Assembly (NCBI GenBank): GCA_963696385.1
Contig: CAVOKF010000005.1
Coordinates: 1,088,001 to 1,152,000, forward strand
Direction: 5' to 3'
Length of the DNA: 64,000 bases
Origin: an uncultured delta proteobacterium
GTDB lineage: Bacteria > Myxococcota_A > Polyangia > Polyangiales > Polyangiaceae
Under the pieces are notes generated by a model that saw only the letters and a list, made by a program, of their open reading frames with translations, did no database searches and was not told the DNA's origin. The position numbers and the translations under genes are program-made. Positions 9,203 to 19,399 of the stretch are shown one piece after another. How positions within the stretch are numbered: the stretch's first letter is position 1; the number at the start of each line of letters is the position of its first letter.

Positions 9203-10912
9203 GTCAAGAGTTCTCGAACTTGCGTCACGATGACGTCCCAGCGCCGTTCGACGTCGTTCTTGAATGCAACGAGCATCAAGAGAACGAGCATGATCATCCC
9301 GGCAAGGCTCGCCACCTCGCGCGCCCGCATCGGGAGCGGGCGTCGACGAGCCGCCTCGAAAACGAAGAACAACAGGTGCCCGCCGTCGAGGACCGGGATC
9401 GGCAGTAAGTTGATCATGCCGAGGTTGACCGAGATCAGAGCCATCGCCCAAACGAAGTAAGCGGCACCCTTGGCACCGGCTTGGCCGGCGATGTCGTACA
9501 TGGTGATGGGTCCACCTACGCTCGAGAGGGACACGCGCCCCTGGGCCAATCGAAGCATGCCGATGCCGATGAACTTGATGACGCTCGCCGTTTCTTCAAC
9601 GCCGTGCGCGAGGGCGTAGAGCACTCGGTGGGGGTTTGGCACGAGGCGGTCGGGCGCGATGGGCACCCAGTGGTCGGTCCGGAAGACGTAGCGCTCGTAG
9701 TGTTGGCCGAACTCGTCGTTCCATTGTTCTTTGCGCAGCTGAAAGAAGCCTCTCGTCAGCATTCCGTCGCGAATCCATCGAAGTTCGTGCATTCGGTCGG
9801 CGCCCGCGACAAGTTCGTCCTCCATCGGATCGCCAGAGTCTTTGGGGCGTGCCGTCCAGCGTCGTGATGCGGTCGCCCGGTCGCAATCCGGCCCGCCATT
9901 CGCTGGACGCCTGCGGCACGAACGCCACGTACATGTCCGCGTTCTCGATGCCGGTCCGATCGGCCACGTCGACGGCCCGCGCTTCGGCGTCGGGGGGCGG
10001 GGTGCTGCCCGGCAGCCGTGGCACCGGTGTCAGCTGGGCGACGCCCGGCTCGAGGACGGCGAGCTTGCAGAGGCCGCCGAGCGCGCTCGGGGCGTCGACC
10101 GGGCGCAAATAGCTGAGGACGACCTGATCGCCCCGGTTTTGAGCCAGCAGATCGACGAGATCGACGAACCGATCGACGCGACGCCCGTTGAGCGCTGTGA
10201 TGCGATCGAATGTTTGAAGCTTCGCATGCCCCGCGGGGGAGTCCGGCTGCGTTACGCCGATCACCGCCTCCGGGAACCTGGGGTCGATCCCAATTCGTCC
10301 CGTGTGCTCGACGATGTCGAGCTCCTTAACCTCCTTCTCGTCATCGGGCGTGACGATGACGTCGATTTCTCGGCCGTCTCGCTTCACCGTCAGGGTTACA
10401 GGAGTTCCGGCGCGCTGTGCGATCACGCGCTGCACCTCGGGGAAGCTTGTCACCTCGCTGCCGTCGACCCGCTCGATGCGGTCTCCGGGCTTGAGCTTTC
10501 CGTCGGCGGGTTTGCCCGGGATGACGACTCCCACGGTCGGCGGCAAGAACTGCTCATCCTCGAGGAACACCGAAGTGTACAGAGCGATGGGAAAAAGCAG
10601 ATTCATGGCCGGCCCGGCCAGAACGATGACGACGCGCTTCCAAAGCGCTTGAGCTTCGAATGTGCGGCTCCGCTCCTCCGGCAAGATCGGTTCGCTCGTC
10701 TTGCTCTCCTCGAGCATCTTTACGAACCCCCCAAACGGGAGCAGAGCGACGCAGTATTCCGTTTCCTTGCCGCGGAGTCGCAGGACTTTTGGACCGAAGC
10801 CGATCGAGAACGTGAGAACCTTAACGCCGAAGATCTTGGCGAAGGCGAAGTGGCCCGACTCGTGAATGAAGATCAGCGAGCTGACGAGCAGAACGAAATA
10901 CAGAAGGTCCAC
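9199..10912 (-). CDS. rseP: RIP metalloprotease RseP with PDZ domains; +1 frameshift at 9827-9828
   Basis: HESGH, FSIGFGP, PFGGFVKM and AGPAMN in the 5' frame; NLLPIPVLDGGHL in the 3' frame; removing one G joins the frames (QRLWRSMEDELV). Confidence 0.9.
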
Positions 10913-11068
10913 GGCGATCCGACTGGGCAGCGGAGTAGCACACGGCCGCGGTGGTGCGCGTCGTGCGCCGCTCGGGAGGTTCGAGAGCGAATGACGCGGC
11001 CAAGCCATCGGGCCTTGCCCATTCGACCATGGGCGCTCGGACAGCGATCCGGCTCGGCGCCGGTCGCG

Positions 11069-11737
11069 TCAAAGACGCTCCGCGACGATGAGCCATTCGA
11101 TCGGACTCATAGCCTCCAGTCGAGCTTCCCAGAGCGGAGAGAACGTTTCGCGCCACTCGCTCGCTTCGAGAAGTCGAGTCTCGATCGACGTGCGCGCCAC
11201 CGCGTCTTCGAACACGCACGTCTGCGTTCCGGTACGCGTGACTCGCCGCTCGTCCGAGGGCGGGAAGGAGGATGCCGCGTCGAGCCATGCGGTCGCGGGA
11301 ACCTCCGCCAGGAACCGCCCGCCGCGCACGAGGACGCGACCGAGTTCGCGGACGAACCCGCTGACGGTGGCCTCGCCCGGCGGGTGCGCGAGCGTTCCGT
11401 GCAGGGCAATGGCGGCGCCGAACGTCGCATCGGCGAACGGCAGAGGCGTTTGCCAGAAGTTGGCCAGGACGAGGGGGATGGGGCGTGCTCTGCGGGCGCA
11501 GATCGCGAGCATCCGGGGCGAAACATCGAGCCCCGTCGGCTCGTATCCGCGATCGAGGAGCGCCGTGAGTTCGCGTCCAGGTCCTACACCCAGGTCGAGC
11601 ACCCGAGCTGGAGCCGGCGGCAATTCGCGCAGGATGCGGGTCATCCGACGCCGCGACTCGGCGGCCGGAAGCGCGTACACCCGGTCGTAGCGTTCAGCGA
11701 TCGCGTCGAAGAAGCGAGCGGGGTCGTCGACGCTCAT
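11069..11737 (-). CDS. Class I SAM-dependent methyltransferase
   Basis: VLDLGVGPG, GLDVSPRML, LPFADATF; ATGA overlap with the upstream gene. Confidence 0.85.
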   Translation of the reverse strand: MSVDDPARFFDAIAERYDRVYALPAAESRRRMTRILRELPPAPARVLDLGVGPGRELTALLDRGYEPTGLDVSPRMLAICARRARPIPLVLANFWQTPLPFADATFGAAIALHGTLAHPPGEATVSGFVRELGRVLVRGGRFLAEVPATAWLDAASSFPPSDERRVTRTGTQTCVFEDAVARTSIETRLLEASEWRETFSPLWEARLEAMSPIEWLIVAERL

Positions 11738-12951
11738 CGGGCAAGATCGCAATAGGCGAGGTAAAGCGCCTCGTGGATGCCTGCGAGCGCGATGGCCCGG
11801 CGGACCAGCCCCGCTCGCTCGCCATCGCTCCACCGGGTTTCCGGTCGTCGAGAGGCCCCGCGGCTGTGGGCGCGCCCGAGGAGCGCACCGAGATGAGCGA
11901 TCAGCGATTCGAGATCGCTCGTGTCGAGCCGCGCGAGATCGAGCTTGTCTTCTTGCGGCGCCAAGCGCCGAACCAAAATGGATCGACGGCCGATGCGCGT
12001 ACTTCCCATCATGCGCGGCGGGTGGGCAAGGCACTCGACCGTCGCGGTGCGCACGCGTTCGGCGGGTTCGAGGTTCGCGGGGGCTGCGAGATTCGCGCCC
12101 GATGGCTCGCCTTGCGACTTCATGTCGAAGATCCAGCCGCCATCGACGTCGCCCCTTCCCCGTACGAGAACGGCGACTCGCAGGCAGCCGAGGCTGCCCG
12201 TGCCGGCCACTCGAAACGCAGCGTCGATGACTTCAAGCGACTCGGGCGCCATGCGCGCGGCTTTGGCAAGACCTTTGGCGTACTGCCCGAACGCGCGCTC
12301 GCATTTCGCGCGCAACTTCCGCGTGAGCTCCTCGAAGCGATCGCTGCGGATGAATCGGCGTTGGCCTCGCACGACCTCCGTTCTCGCGTCGAGAAACGAC
12401 TTGCGCGAGCGCGTTCGAACTTTGTCGATGAGAGCCGTGACCACGTGCGGAGCCGACCCAGCCCGTCGACGATCGAACGCCGCGTCGACGTACGCATCGA
12501 CCAGGGCGTGGCAAAGCTCCAACGTGCGAATTCCGTTGAAACCGAATCCACGGGCACCGAGAACGGCGCTCGTCGCCAGCCGGAGGACGTCGAGCCGCCA
12601 CGGCGCCATCATGGCGTCGTCGAAGTCGTTCAGGTCGAAAACGATCGGCTCGTTCGCATGCGACCCTGGCGTCTCGCGCTTCGAGAGCGCCCCGGCGCGA
12701 TAAGCGCCGAAGTTTTCGACGTGCGCGTCACCGACCAGCCACCCCTTGCCGCGAGGGCCTTCGCGCAGCCAAGGGTCGCGCCCGAGCAGCTCGTAAAAGA
12801 GGGGGGCGGATCCTCTCAACAGACCCAGGGGCGAAGCCGTCATGCGTGCCGATTTGTGCGTCAGCAAATGTGGAAAGCGCGCGACGCGTGCTCGATCGAT
12901 TTCCAGCTGGCGATGAGCGAGGCGGATGGGGTCGACGGTCAACATTCGCAC
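11734..12951 (-). CDS. DUF2252-family protein (kinase-like fold)
   Basis: RMTASPLGLLRGSA, GDAHVENFG, FDLNDFDDA, RVAGTGSLG, LGRAHSR. Confidence 0.85.
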   Translation of the reverse strand: MRMLTVDPIRLAHRQLEIDRARVARFPHLLTHKSARMTASPLGLLRGSAPLFYELLGRDPWLREGPRGKGWLVGDAHVENFGAYRAGALSKRETPGSHANEPIVFDLNDFDDAMMAPWRLDVLRLATSAVLGARGFGFNGIRTLELCHALVDAYVDAAFDRRRAGSAPHVVTALIDKVRTRSRKSFLDARTEVVRGQRRFIRSDRFEELTRKLRAKCERAFGQYAKGLAKAARMAPESLEVIDAAFRVAGTGSLGCLRVAVLVRGRGDVDGGWIFDMKSQGEPSGANLAAPANLEPAERVRTATVECLAHPPRMMGSTRIGRRSILVRRLAPQEDKLDLARLDTSDLESLIAHLGALLGRAHSRGASRRPETRWSDGERAGLVRRAIALAGIHEALYLAYCDLAR

Positions 12952-13075
12952 GGGGCAGAAGGCCGGACGTTACCGGATCGGTCGGCCCGCCGTCGAATCG
13001 AGACGACTCGCCGACAGTGCCGCGTCCGCTGCATTTATGCAGCGGACTTCAGAGACGGGACACTAAAGTGATCCG

Positions 13076-14131
13076 GTGCCCCGGATCGCCCAAATACTCG
13101 AGCGCGGCGTTGCGGGCCCCCGGCCGTGGCACCGCGGCGTCTCCCGTCCGTGGCTGTGGACCTTCGGACGCAGCGTCGCGCGGAGACTGGAGTGGCCCCC
13201 GCACGTGCGCGTCGTTGCCGTCGGAGGTGCGACTCTCGGCGGATCGGGCAAGACGCCGCTCGCCATCGCCTGTGCGATGGAGCTTTCGGCCGTGGCTCGA
13301 ACGATCTTGGTGGGGCATGGCTACCGAGGTGCGGTTCGCCGCACTCGGTTCGTCTTGCCGAGCGACGCGCTCGGCGCGGTGGGCGACGAGGCGATCGTGG
13401 CTGCGCGCGACCTCGAGGCCTCGGGTCTGGGGGCGCGGGTCGTTGTGGGACCTACACGATCGGCGGCGATGGCGTGGGCCGCCGGCAAAGCGGACATCCT
13501 CGTGCTCGATGGCGTGTGCCAGACGGCGCCCACTCGAGCGTCGCTGGCGCTACTCGCCGTCGATGCCGCCAAACCATGGGGGAACGCGGCAGCCTTGCCG
13601 CCGTTCGGAGACTTGCGTGCGCCCGTCTCGATGTTGCTGGAGGCGTGTGACGCGATCGTGCCGATCGGGGATCGCGCCGGGCCGTCGCTCGGCTTCGCGC
13701 AACCGGGTCGCACGATGCCGATTTGGCCCGCCAGCGTGGAGTCGCGGGGTGCCTGGCTGCACGCTGGGCGCTCTAGCACCGCTCCTCGCTCGGAGCAGCT
13801 CCTCCTGTCCTGGGAGACCCTTCGGCCGTTGCGCGTGGGCCTCGTGACGGCGATGGCCAGGCCGGACCGCGTCGTCCGTGACTTGGCACTTCGCGGTGTG
13901 CGCCCGTGCGCGGTCGTGTGCGCGGCGGACCACGGGCCTGTGGGCGCCGGCGCCGTTCGCGCCTGCTTCAAAAGAGCGCAGGCGGAGCGCGTGGAGGTCT
14001 GGCTATCGACCCCGAAGTGCGCTTTGCACGTGGATGGCGCGAGGTTGGGGGCCCCGGTGGCGGTTCTGGAGTACGGTCTCGGACTGCCTCCCACGCTTGC
14101 GGCACTCCTTCGGGCGATCGCCCTGCCTTGA
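13076..14131 (+). CDS. lpxK: Tetraacyldisaccharide 4'-kinase (divergent)
   Basis: VGGATLGGSGKTP, GHGYRG, VGDEA, VLDG, LPPFGDLRAP, TAMARP, STPKC. Confidence 0.8.
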   Translation: MPRIAQILERGVAGPRPWHRGVSRPWLWTFGRSVARRLEWPPHVRVVAVGGATLGGSGKTPLAIACAMELSAVARTILVGHGYRGAVRRTRFVLPSDALGAVGDEAIVAARDLEASGLGARVVVGPTRSAAMAWAAGKADILVLDGVCQTAPTRASLALLAVDAAKPWGNAAALPPFGDLRAPVSMLLEACDAIVPIGDRAGPSLGFAQPGRTMPIWPASVESRGAWLHAGRSSTAPRSEQLLLSWETLRPLRVGLVTAMARPDRVVRDLALRGVRPCAVVCAADHGPVGAGAVRACFKRAQAERVEVWLSTPKCALHVDGARLGAPVAVLEYGLGLPPTLAALLRAIALP

Positions 14132-14239
14132 CCGGCGGGGGTGCGAGCAATAGCCTCAATGCCTACGAGGCATTGCCCAGAATGCCCGCGGGCGGCTCTG
14201 CACGTCGCGCCGCAGCAACCGGATCGTGAGGCGACGCGC

Positions 14240-15145
<906 letters not shown>

Positions 15146-15169
15146 GTCCGCCTCTGCCGTCGCGGGCCA

Positions 15170-16483
15170 ATGACCGAACGACTCCCTGAAATCCGAATCA
15201 TGCCCCCAGGACCGGGGTCTCGTGCGATGGTCGCTCGCCTCGCTGCCGTCGAGTCACCGTCGGTCGACGCCAGGCGGGAAGCGCGCGCGCAAGCGAGCGG
15301 CTCGGATCAGACGGCGATTGTCTACGCGTCCGCGTCGGGGACCAACGTCCTGGACGTCGACGGCAATTGCTACGTCGACCTGGCCGCAGGCTTCGGTGCG
15401 TTGCTCCTGGGTCATGTGCCGGCCTCCGTAGCGCGCGCCGTCGAGGCGCAGGCAACCAGTCTTTGGCTCGCGCTCGGCGACGTCTTTGGGTCTGACGCGA
15501 AGGTCGCACTTTGCGAAAGGCTTGCGAAGATCCATCCGGCGCCGGGTGCCCGCGTCATGCTCGGATCGAGTGGGGCAGACGCCGTGACGGCCGCGCTGAA
15601 GACCGCGGTCATCGGATCCGGGCGCGGCGGCCTGATCGCGTTCGATGGCGCGTATCACGGGCTGTCGCACGGCCCTCTGGCCGCGTGCGGGCTGCGCCCC
15701 GAATTTCGCGAGCCGTTCTCGACGCAGCTCAACCCGCACGTGTGGTTCGCGCCCTATCCGGTCGACGAGTCCTCGCTCGATCGCTCGCTGCAGGTGGTCG
15801 AGGAGGTTCTTCGGCGGGGCGACGTCGGGGCCGTTCTCGTCGAGCCGATCCTTGGACGAGGGGGGTGTGTCGTGCCACCCTCCGGCTTTCTGCCTGCCCT
15901 TCGCGCGGCATGCGACCGGGCCGACGCGTATCTGGTCTGCGACGAGGTCTGGACCGGGCTTGGCCGTAGCGGGGCCTGGCTTGCGAGTGCCGATGCGGGG
16001 GTCGTCGCCGACATCGTATGTCTGGGCAAAGGCCTCGGCTCGGGACTGCCCGTGAGCGCTTGCATCGGCAGCGCGCGCGCCATGCAGGCGTGGGGCAAGC
16101 ACGGGGGCTCGACGATCCACACGGCGACCCACTTCGGCGCCCCTCTCGCGTGCGCCGCGGCAATCGCCACGCTCGACACGCTGCAAGCTCAGCAGCTGCC
16201 GGAGCGCGCGCGTGTCGTCGGAGAACGCTGGCAAGCGCTGTTGCGCGACCGGGTCGGAGGGCGAGGGGTGCGCGTCGTTCGTGGCCGCGGTCTGATGATC
16301 GGGGTCGAGATCGAGGGGGGCTCCGTCCGTGCTCTTCGCGTGGTCCGCCGCTTGTTGCAGCGCGGGTGGATCGTCTTGACAGGAGGAGCGGAGGGCGACG
16401 TGCTCACCCTCACCCCGCCGCTTACGGTCGATGAAGCTTTGCTCGAAGCCTTTGCCGATGCGCTGCGCACGTGCCTGGCATGA
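15170..16483 (+). CDS. Class III PLP-dependent aminotransferase
   Basis: DVDGNCYVD, SGADAV, GAYHG, VEPILGRGG, DEVWTGLGRSG, CLGKGLG (PLP lysine). Confidence 0.92.
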   Translation: MTERLPEIRIMPPGPGSRAMVARLAAVESPSVDARREARAQASGSDQTAIVYASASGTNVLDVDGNCYVDLAAGFGALLLGHVPASVARAVEAQATSLWLALGDVFGSDAKVALCERLAKIHPAPGARVMLGSSGADAVTAALKTAVIGSGRGGLIAFDGAYHGLSHGPLAACGLRPEFREPFSTQLNPHVWFAPYPVDESSLDRSLQVVEEVLRRGDVGAVLVEPILGRGGCVVPPSGFLPALRAACDRADAYLVCDEVWTGLGRSGAWLASADAGVVADIVCLGKGLGSGLPVSACIGSARAMQAWGKHGGSTIHTATHFGAPLACAAAIATLDTLQAQQLPERARVVGERWQALLRDRVGGRGVRVVRGRGLMIGVEIEGGSVRALRVVRRLLQRGWIVLTGGAEGDVLTLTPPLTVDEALLEAFADALRTCLA

Positions 16484-17586
16484 CCCCGATCCAAGCCCGG
16501 AGCGAGTCGCTTCACCTCAGGGTGCGAGCGATCGTGCAGGCGTTCGAGCAGAGTCGGGCGGCACCCGAGCCATTCGATGCGCTCGCCGCCGACCTTGTCC
16601 GGTTTCAAGCCGCGACCGTCCCGGGCTACCGGCGCCTGTGTTTGTCTCGTGGCATCGATCCCCAGGCGGTCGTGCGAGCCGAGCAGGGACCCGCTGTGCC
16701 TACCGATGCGTTCAGGTTGGCGCGAGTCTTCGCCTTCGCCGACACGGACGCCGCGTTCGTGTTCCGGACGAGCGGCACGACGATCGGTGCGCGCGGCGCC
16801 CATGCCATGCGACACACCCGAACCTATGACGCGGCGGCACTCGCGTTCGGCGGGGCGATGCTCGCGCGCGACCTGACCCTCCCCGTGCCCGTCGTGACGA
16901 TCGCTCCTAGCGCGTCGGAGGCGCCCGATTCCTCGCTGACGCACATGTATGCCCTCTTCGCTCGTGAGTTCGGGCCGTCGAGGGCTGGCGAAATGACGTT
17001 CATCCATTCCGGGTCGTTGCAGGTCGAGGCGCTCAGGCAATGCGTTGCCGCGCTGCGCCCGGATGTTCCGGTCATTGTCCTTTCGACGAGCTTTGCCCTT
17101 GTACACTTGCTTGATGCCCTGGGTGAGGAGACTCTGGCCCTGCCCGCGCGAAGCCGCGTGGTGCAGACGGGTGGCTTCAAGGGAAAGTCGCGGGAGGTGG
17201 CGGCTTCCGAGCTCCGCCGGGGCCTGGCTCGGTGCTTCGCCGTGCACGAGCGGTCGGTCGTCTGCGAATACGGAATGACCGAGCTTTCGAGTCAGTTCTG
17301 GGAGGCCACCCTCGTCGACGAAGGGGCCGCGCCCGGGGTTTACTTCGAGCCGCCTTGGGCCCGCGTCGTCCCCGTCGATCCCGAGACGTTGGTGCCGGTT
17401 TCTCATGGGAAAATCGGGATTGCCCGGATCGAAGACTTGGCGAACGTGGATAGCGCCTGGGCCGTTCTGACCCAGGACCTCGTACGCCGTGTTGCCGGCG
17501 GATTCGAGCTCATCGGTCGCGCGGCAGGGGCGCCGATGCGGGGCTGCTCGATCGCTCTCGACGAGATGCTATCGGCGTCGCCATGA
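16480..17586 (+). CDS. LuxE-like acyl-protein synthetase
   Basis: FRTSGTT, QTGGFKG, EYGMTELSSQ, DLAN, TQDL, C-terminal GR...RGCS; ATGA overlap with the aminotransferase. Confidence 0.85.
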   Translation: MTPIQARSESLHLRVRAIVQAFEQSRAAPEPFDALAADLVRFQAATVPGYRRLCLSRGIDPQAVVRAEQGPAVPTDAFRLARVFAFADTDAAFVFRTSGTTIGARGAHAMRHTRTYDAAALAFGGAMLARDLTLPVPVVTIAPSASEAPDSSLTHMYALFAREFGPSRAGEMTFIHSGSLQVEALRQCVAALRPDVPVIVLSTSFALVHLLDALGEETLALPARSRVVQTGGFKGKSREVAASELRRGLARCFAVHERSVVCEYGMTELSSQFWEATLVDEGAAPGVYFEPPWARVVPVDPETLVPVSHGKIGIARIEDLANVDSAWAVLTQDLVRRVAGGFELIGRAAGAPMRGCSIALDEMLSASP

Positions 17587-17605
17587 TTTGCGGCGGGTCC
17601 GCGTG

Positions 17606-18644
17606 ATGCGAACGCTCGACCAGCGGGTGGACGACGTGCGGCGGCTGCTGCGCGCCGCGCAGCGCGTGTACGACGCACGTGCGGCGATCGTTCCGCAAAT
17701 TGCGCGCTCGACAGGGCTGACGCAGGAAGGGGTCGAGCTTGGATTCGAATCGCTCGAGCGACAGGCATCCGATGCGGATCTGCGCACCCTGGTAGGGGGA
17801 GCCGGTGACGCAGAGCGGGTGCACGTCGTGCTCTCGGCGAACGCATTTGTCGCGCCACTCCGGGCTCTCGCCCTCGCTCGTGCCACGTCGACTCGGGTCA
17901 GTGTGCGCCCATCTCCAAGGGAACCGAACCTGACGCGTGCGCTCGTCGAGATGTCGGGCGACGACGCGATTGCGATAGTGGACGACCGCGACCTGTCTCG
18001 CGTCGATCGAGGCGAGATCCACGTGTACGGTCGCGACGAGACCATCGCCGCTGCGCGCGCATGCGCTCGCCCCGGTATCGTCGTCCGCGAGCACGGAGCG
18101 GGCCTCGGAGTCGCCATCGTCACACGCTCCGCGGCCGTCGAAGCCGCGGCCGAAGCTTTGGCGGTGGACATTGTTCTTTTCGATCAGAGAGGCTGCCTCA
18201 GCCCGCGCCTCGTTCTCGTCGAGGGCAATGCCGACCGCGGCGAGCGGTTCGCCTCGGCGCTCGACGAGCATCTCTCGGCATGGGGCCGTCGTGTACCCCG
18301 CGGCGCGCTCTTCGAAGCCGAGAATCGCCGATGCCGTCGTTTGGCGCGAGGCGCTGGCGTTTGCCGGCCGACTGTGGCGCGGTGCGTGTCACGACGTCGC
18401 GCTGGCGCCGCCTTCAGGTCCGCTGGCGATCCCGCCGCCGGGACGTTGCGTTCACGTGCTGACGGCGCGCTCGCTCCCGGATGTCGCGGCTCAAATCGCG
18501 CCCGTCGCTCGCTTCGTCGTCGCCGTTGGCACGGACGATCCGAGAGCGGTCGAGGGCGTGGCGGCGCCCGGCGCGCGAGTTTCTCTCTTGGGACGCATGC
18601 AGCGTCCTCCCCTGGACGGTCCGGTCAATCGCCGCCCATTTTGA
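17606..18644 (+). CDS. LuxC-like acyl-CoA/acyl-protein reductase; +1 frameshift at 18323-18324
   Basis: YGRDETI, HGAGLG, FDQRGCLSP (catalytic Cys), C-terminal LGRMQRPPLDG in the next frame; removing one A restores EAEIADAVVWRE. Confidence 0.75.
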
Positions 18645-18745
18645 CGCCGACTGGGGCCCGGCTCATCCGTCCGTAGCGCGATTCAGCGCACCGGTCGGTC
18701 TCGCTTCGCTTCACACGCCCTATGTGCGCCCATCGGGCTTATCTC

Positions 18746-19399
18746 TTACGTGGCTTCGCGAGCCGTCTTGTTCGGGATGATCTGCACACGCCGTTGGGGC
18801 TCTTCGCCCATGCTCTCGGTGCGGACGCCTTGGATTTCGCGCAAGGCCATGTGAACGATCCGCCTCTCGCGCGCGCTCATCGGGTCGAACGTGATCACTT
18901 TGCCCTCGGTGGCCACCCGCTGGGCCAAGCGCCGCGCCATTTGCGCCAATTGGTCCTCGTGTCGCGCTCGGTAACCCTCTGCATCCACGATGATGTGCCG
19001 GCGCGATTCGCCGGGTCTCACGACGACGCGAGCCGTCAAATACTGGATCGCGTCGAGCACGTTTCCCTTTTTGCCGATGATGCGCCCCGCGTCGGGCCCT
19101 TCGAGCTCGATTCGGATCTCGTCGGGTGAGCCCTCGCCATCGTCTGGCGCGAGGTTCACCTCGACGCTCATCTGCATCGCTTTCACGAGTGTTCGGACGA
19201 AGGCGAGCGCCTTCTGGGTCTGCGCGTCGAGCGTCGACTCGTCGATCGCGGGAGTCGACTGCGGATCACGACCCGATCCGGCATCGGCACTTGGCCCCGG
19301 CCCGCTCGAGGGGCGTGGCGACGCCGAGGGTCTCTTCGATGACGCCAAATGAATGTCGGTCTTGGGCGGCTGCCCCGATCCTTGGTGCTCCTCAGACAC
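18746..19399 (-). CDS. jag: Jag/KhpB/EloR-type RNA-binding protein (KH plus R3H); no recognisable Jag_N domain
   Basis: IIGKKGNVLDAIQYL, VDAEGYR, PMSARERRIVH, SMGEEPQRRV; lies downstream of yidC. Confidence 0.88.
   Translation of the reverse strand: MSEEHQGSGQPPKTDIHLASSKRPSASPRPSSGPGPSADAGSGRDPQSTPAIDESTLDAQTQKALAFVRTLVKAMQMSVEVNLAPDDGEGSPDEIRIELEGPDAGRIIGKKGNVLDAIQYLTARVVVRPGESRRHIIVDAEGYRARHEDQLAQMARRLAQRVATEGKVITFDPMSARERRIVHMALREIQGVRTESMGEEPQRRVQIIPNKTAREAT

Noticed and set aside
16480..18644. Bioluminescence (lux) operon
   Set aside because: No luxA, luxB or luxD in the window; LuxE/LuxC homologues are widespread in non-luminous bacteria
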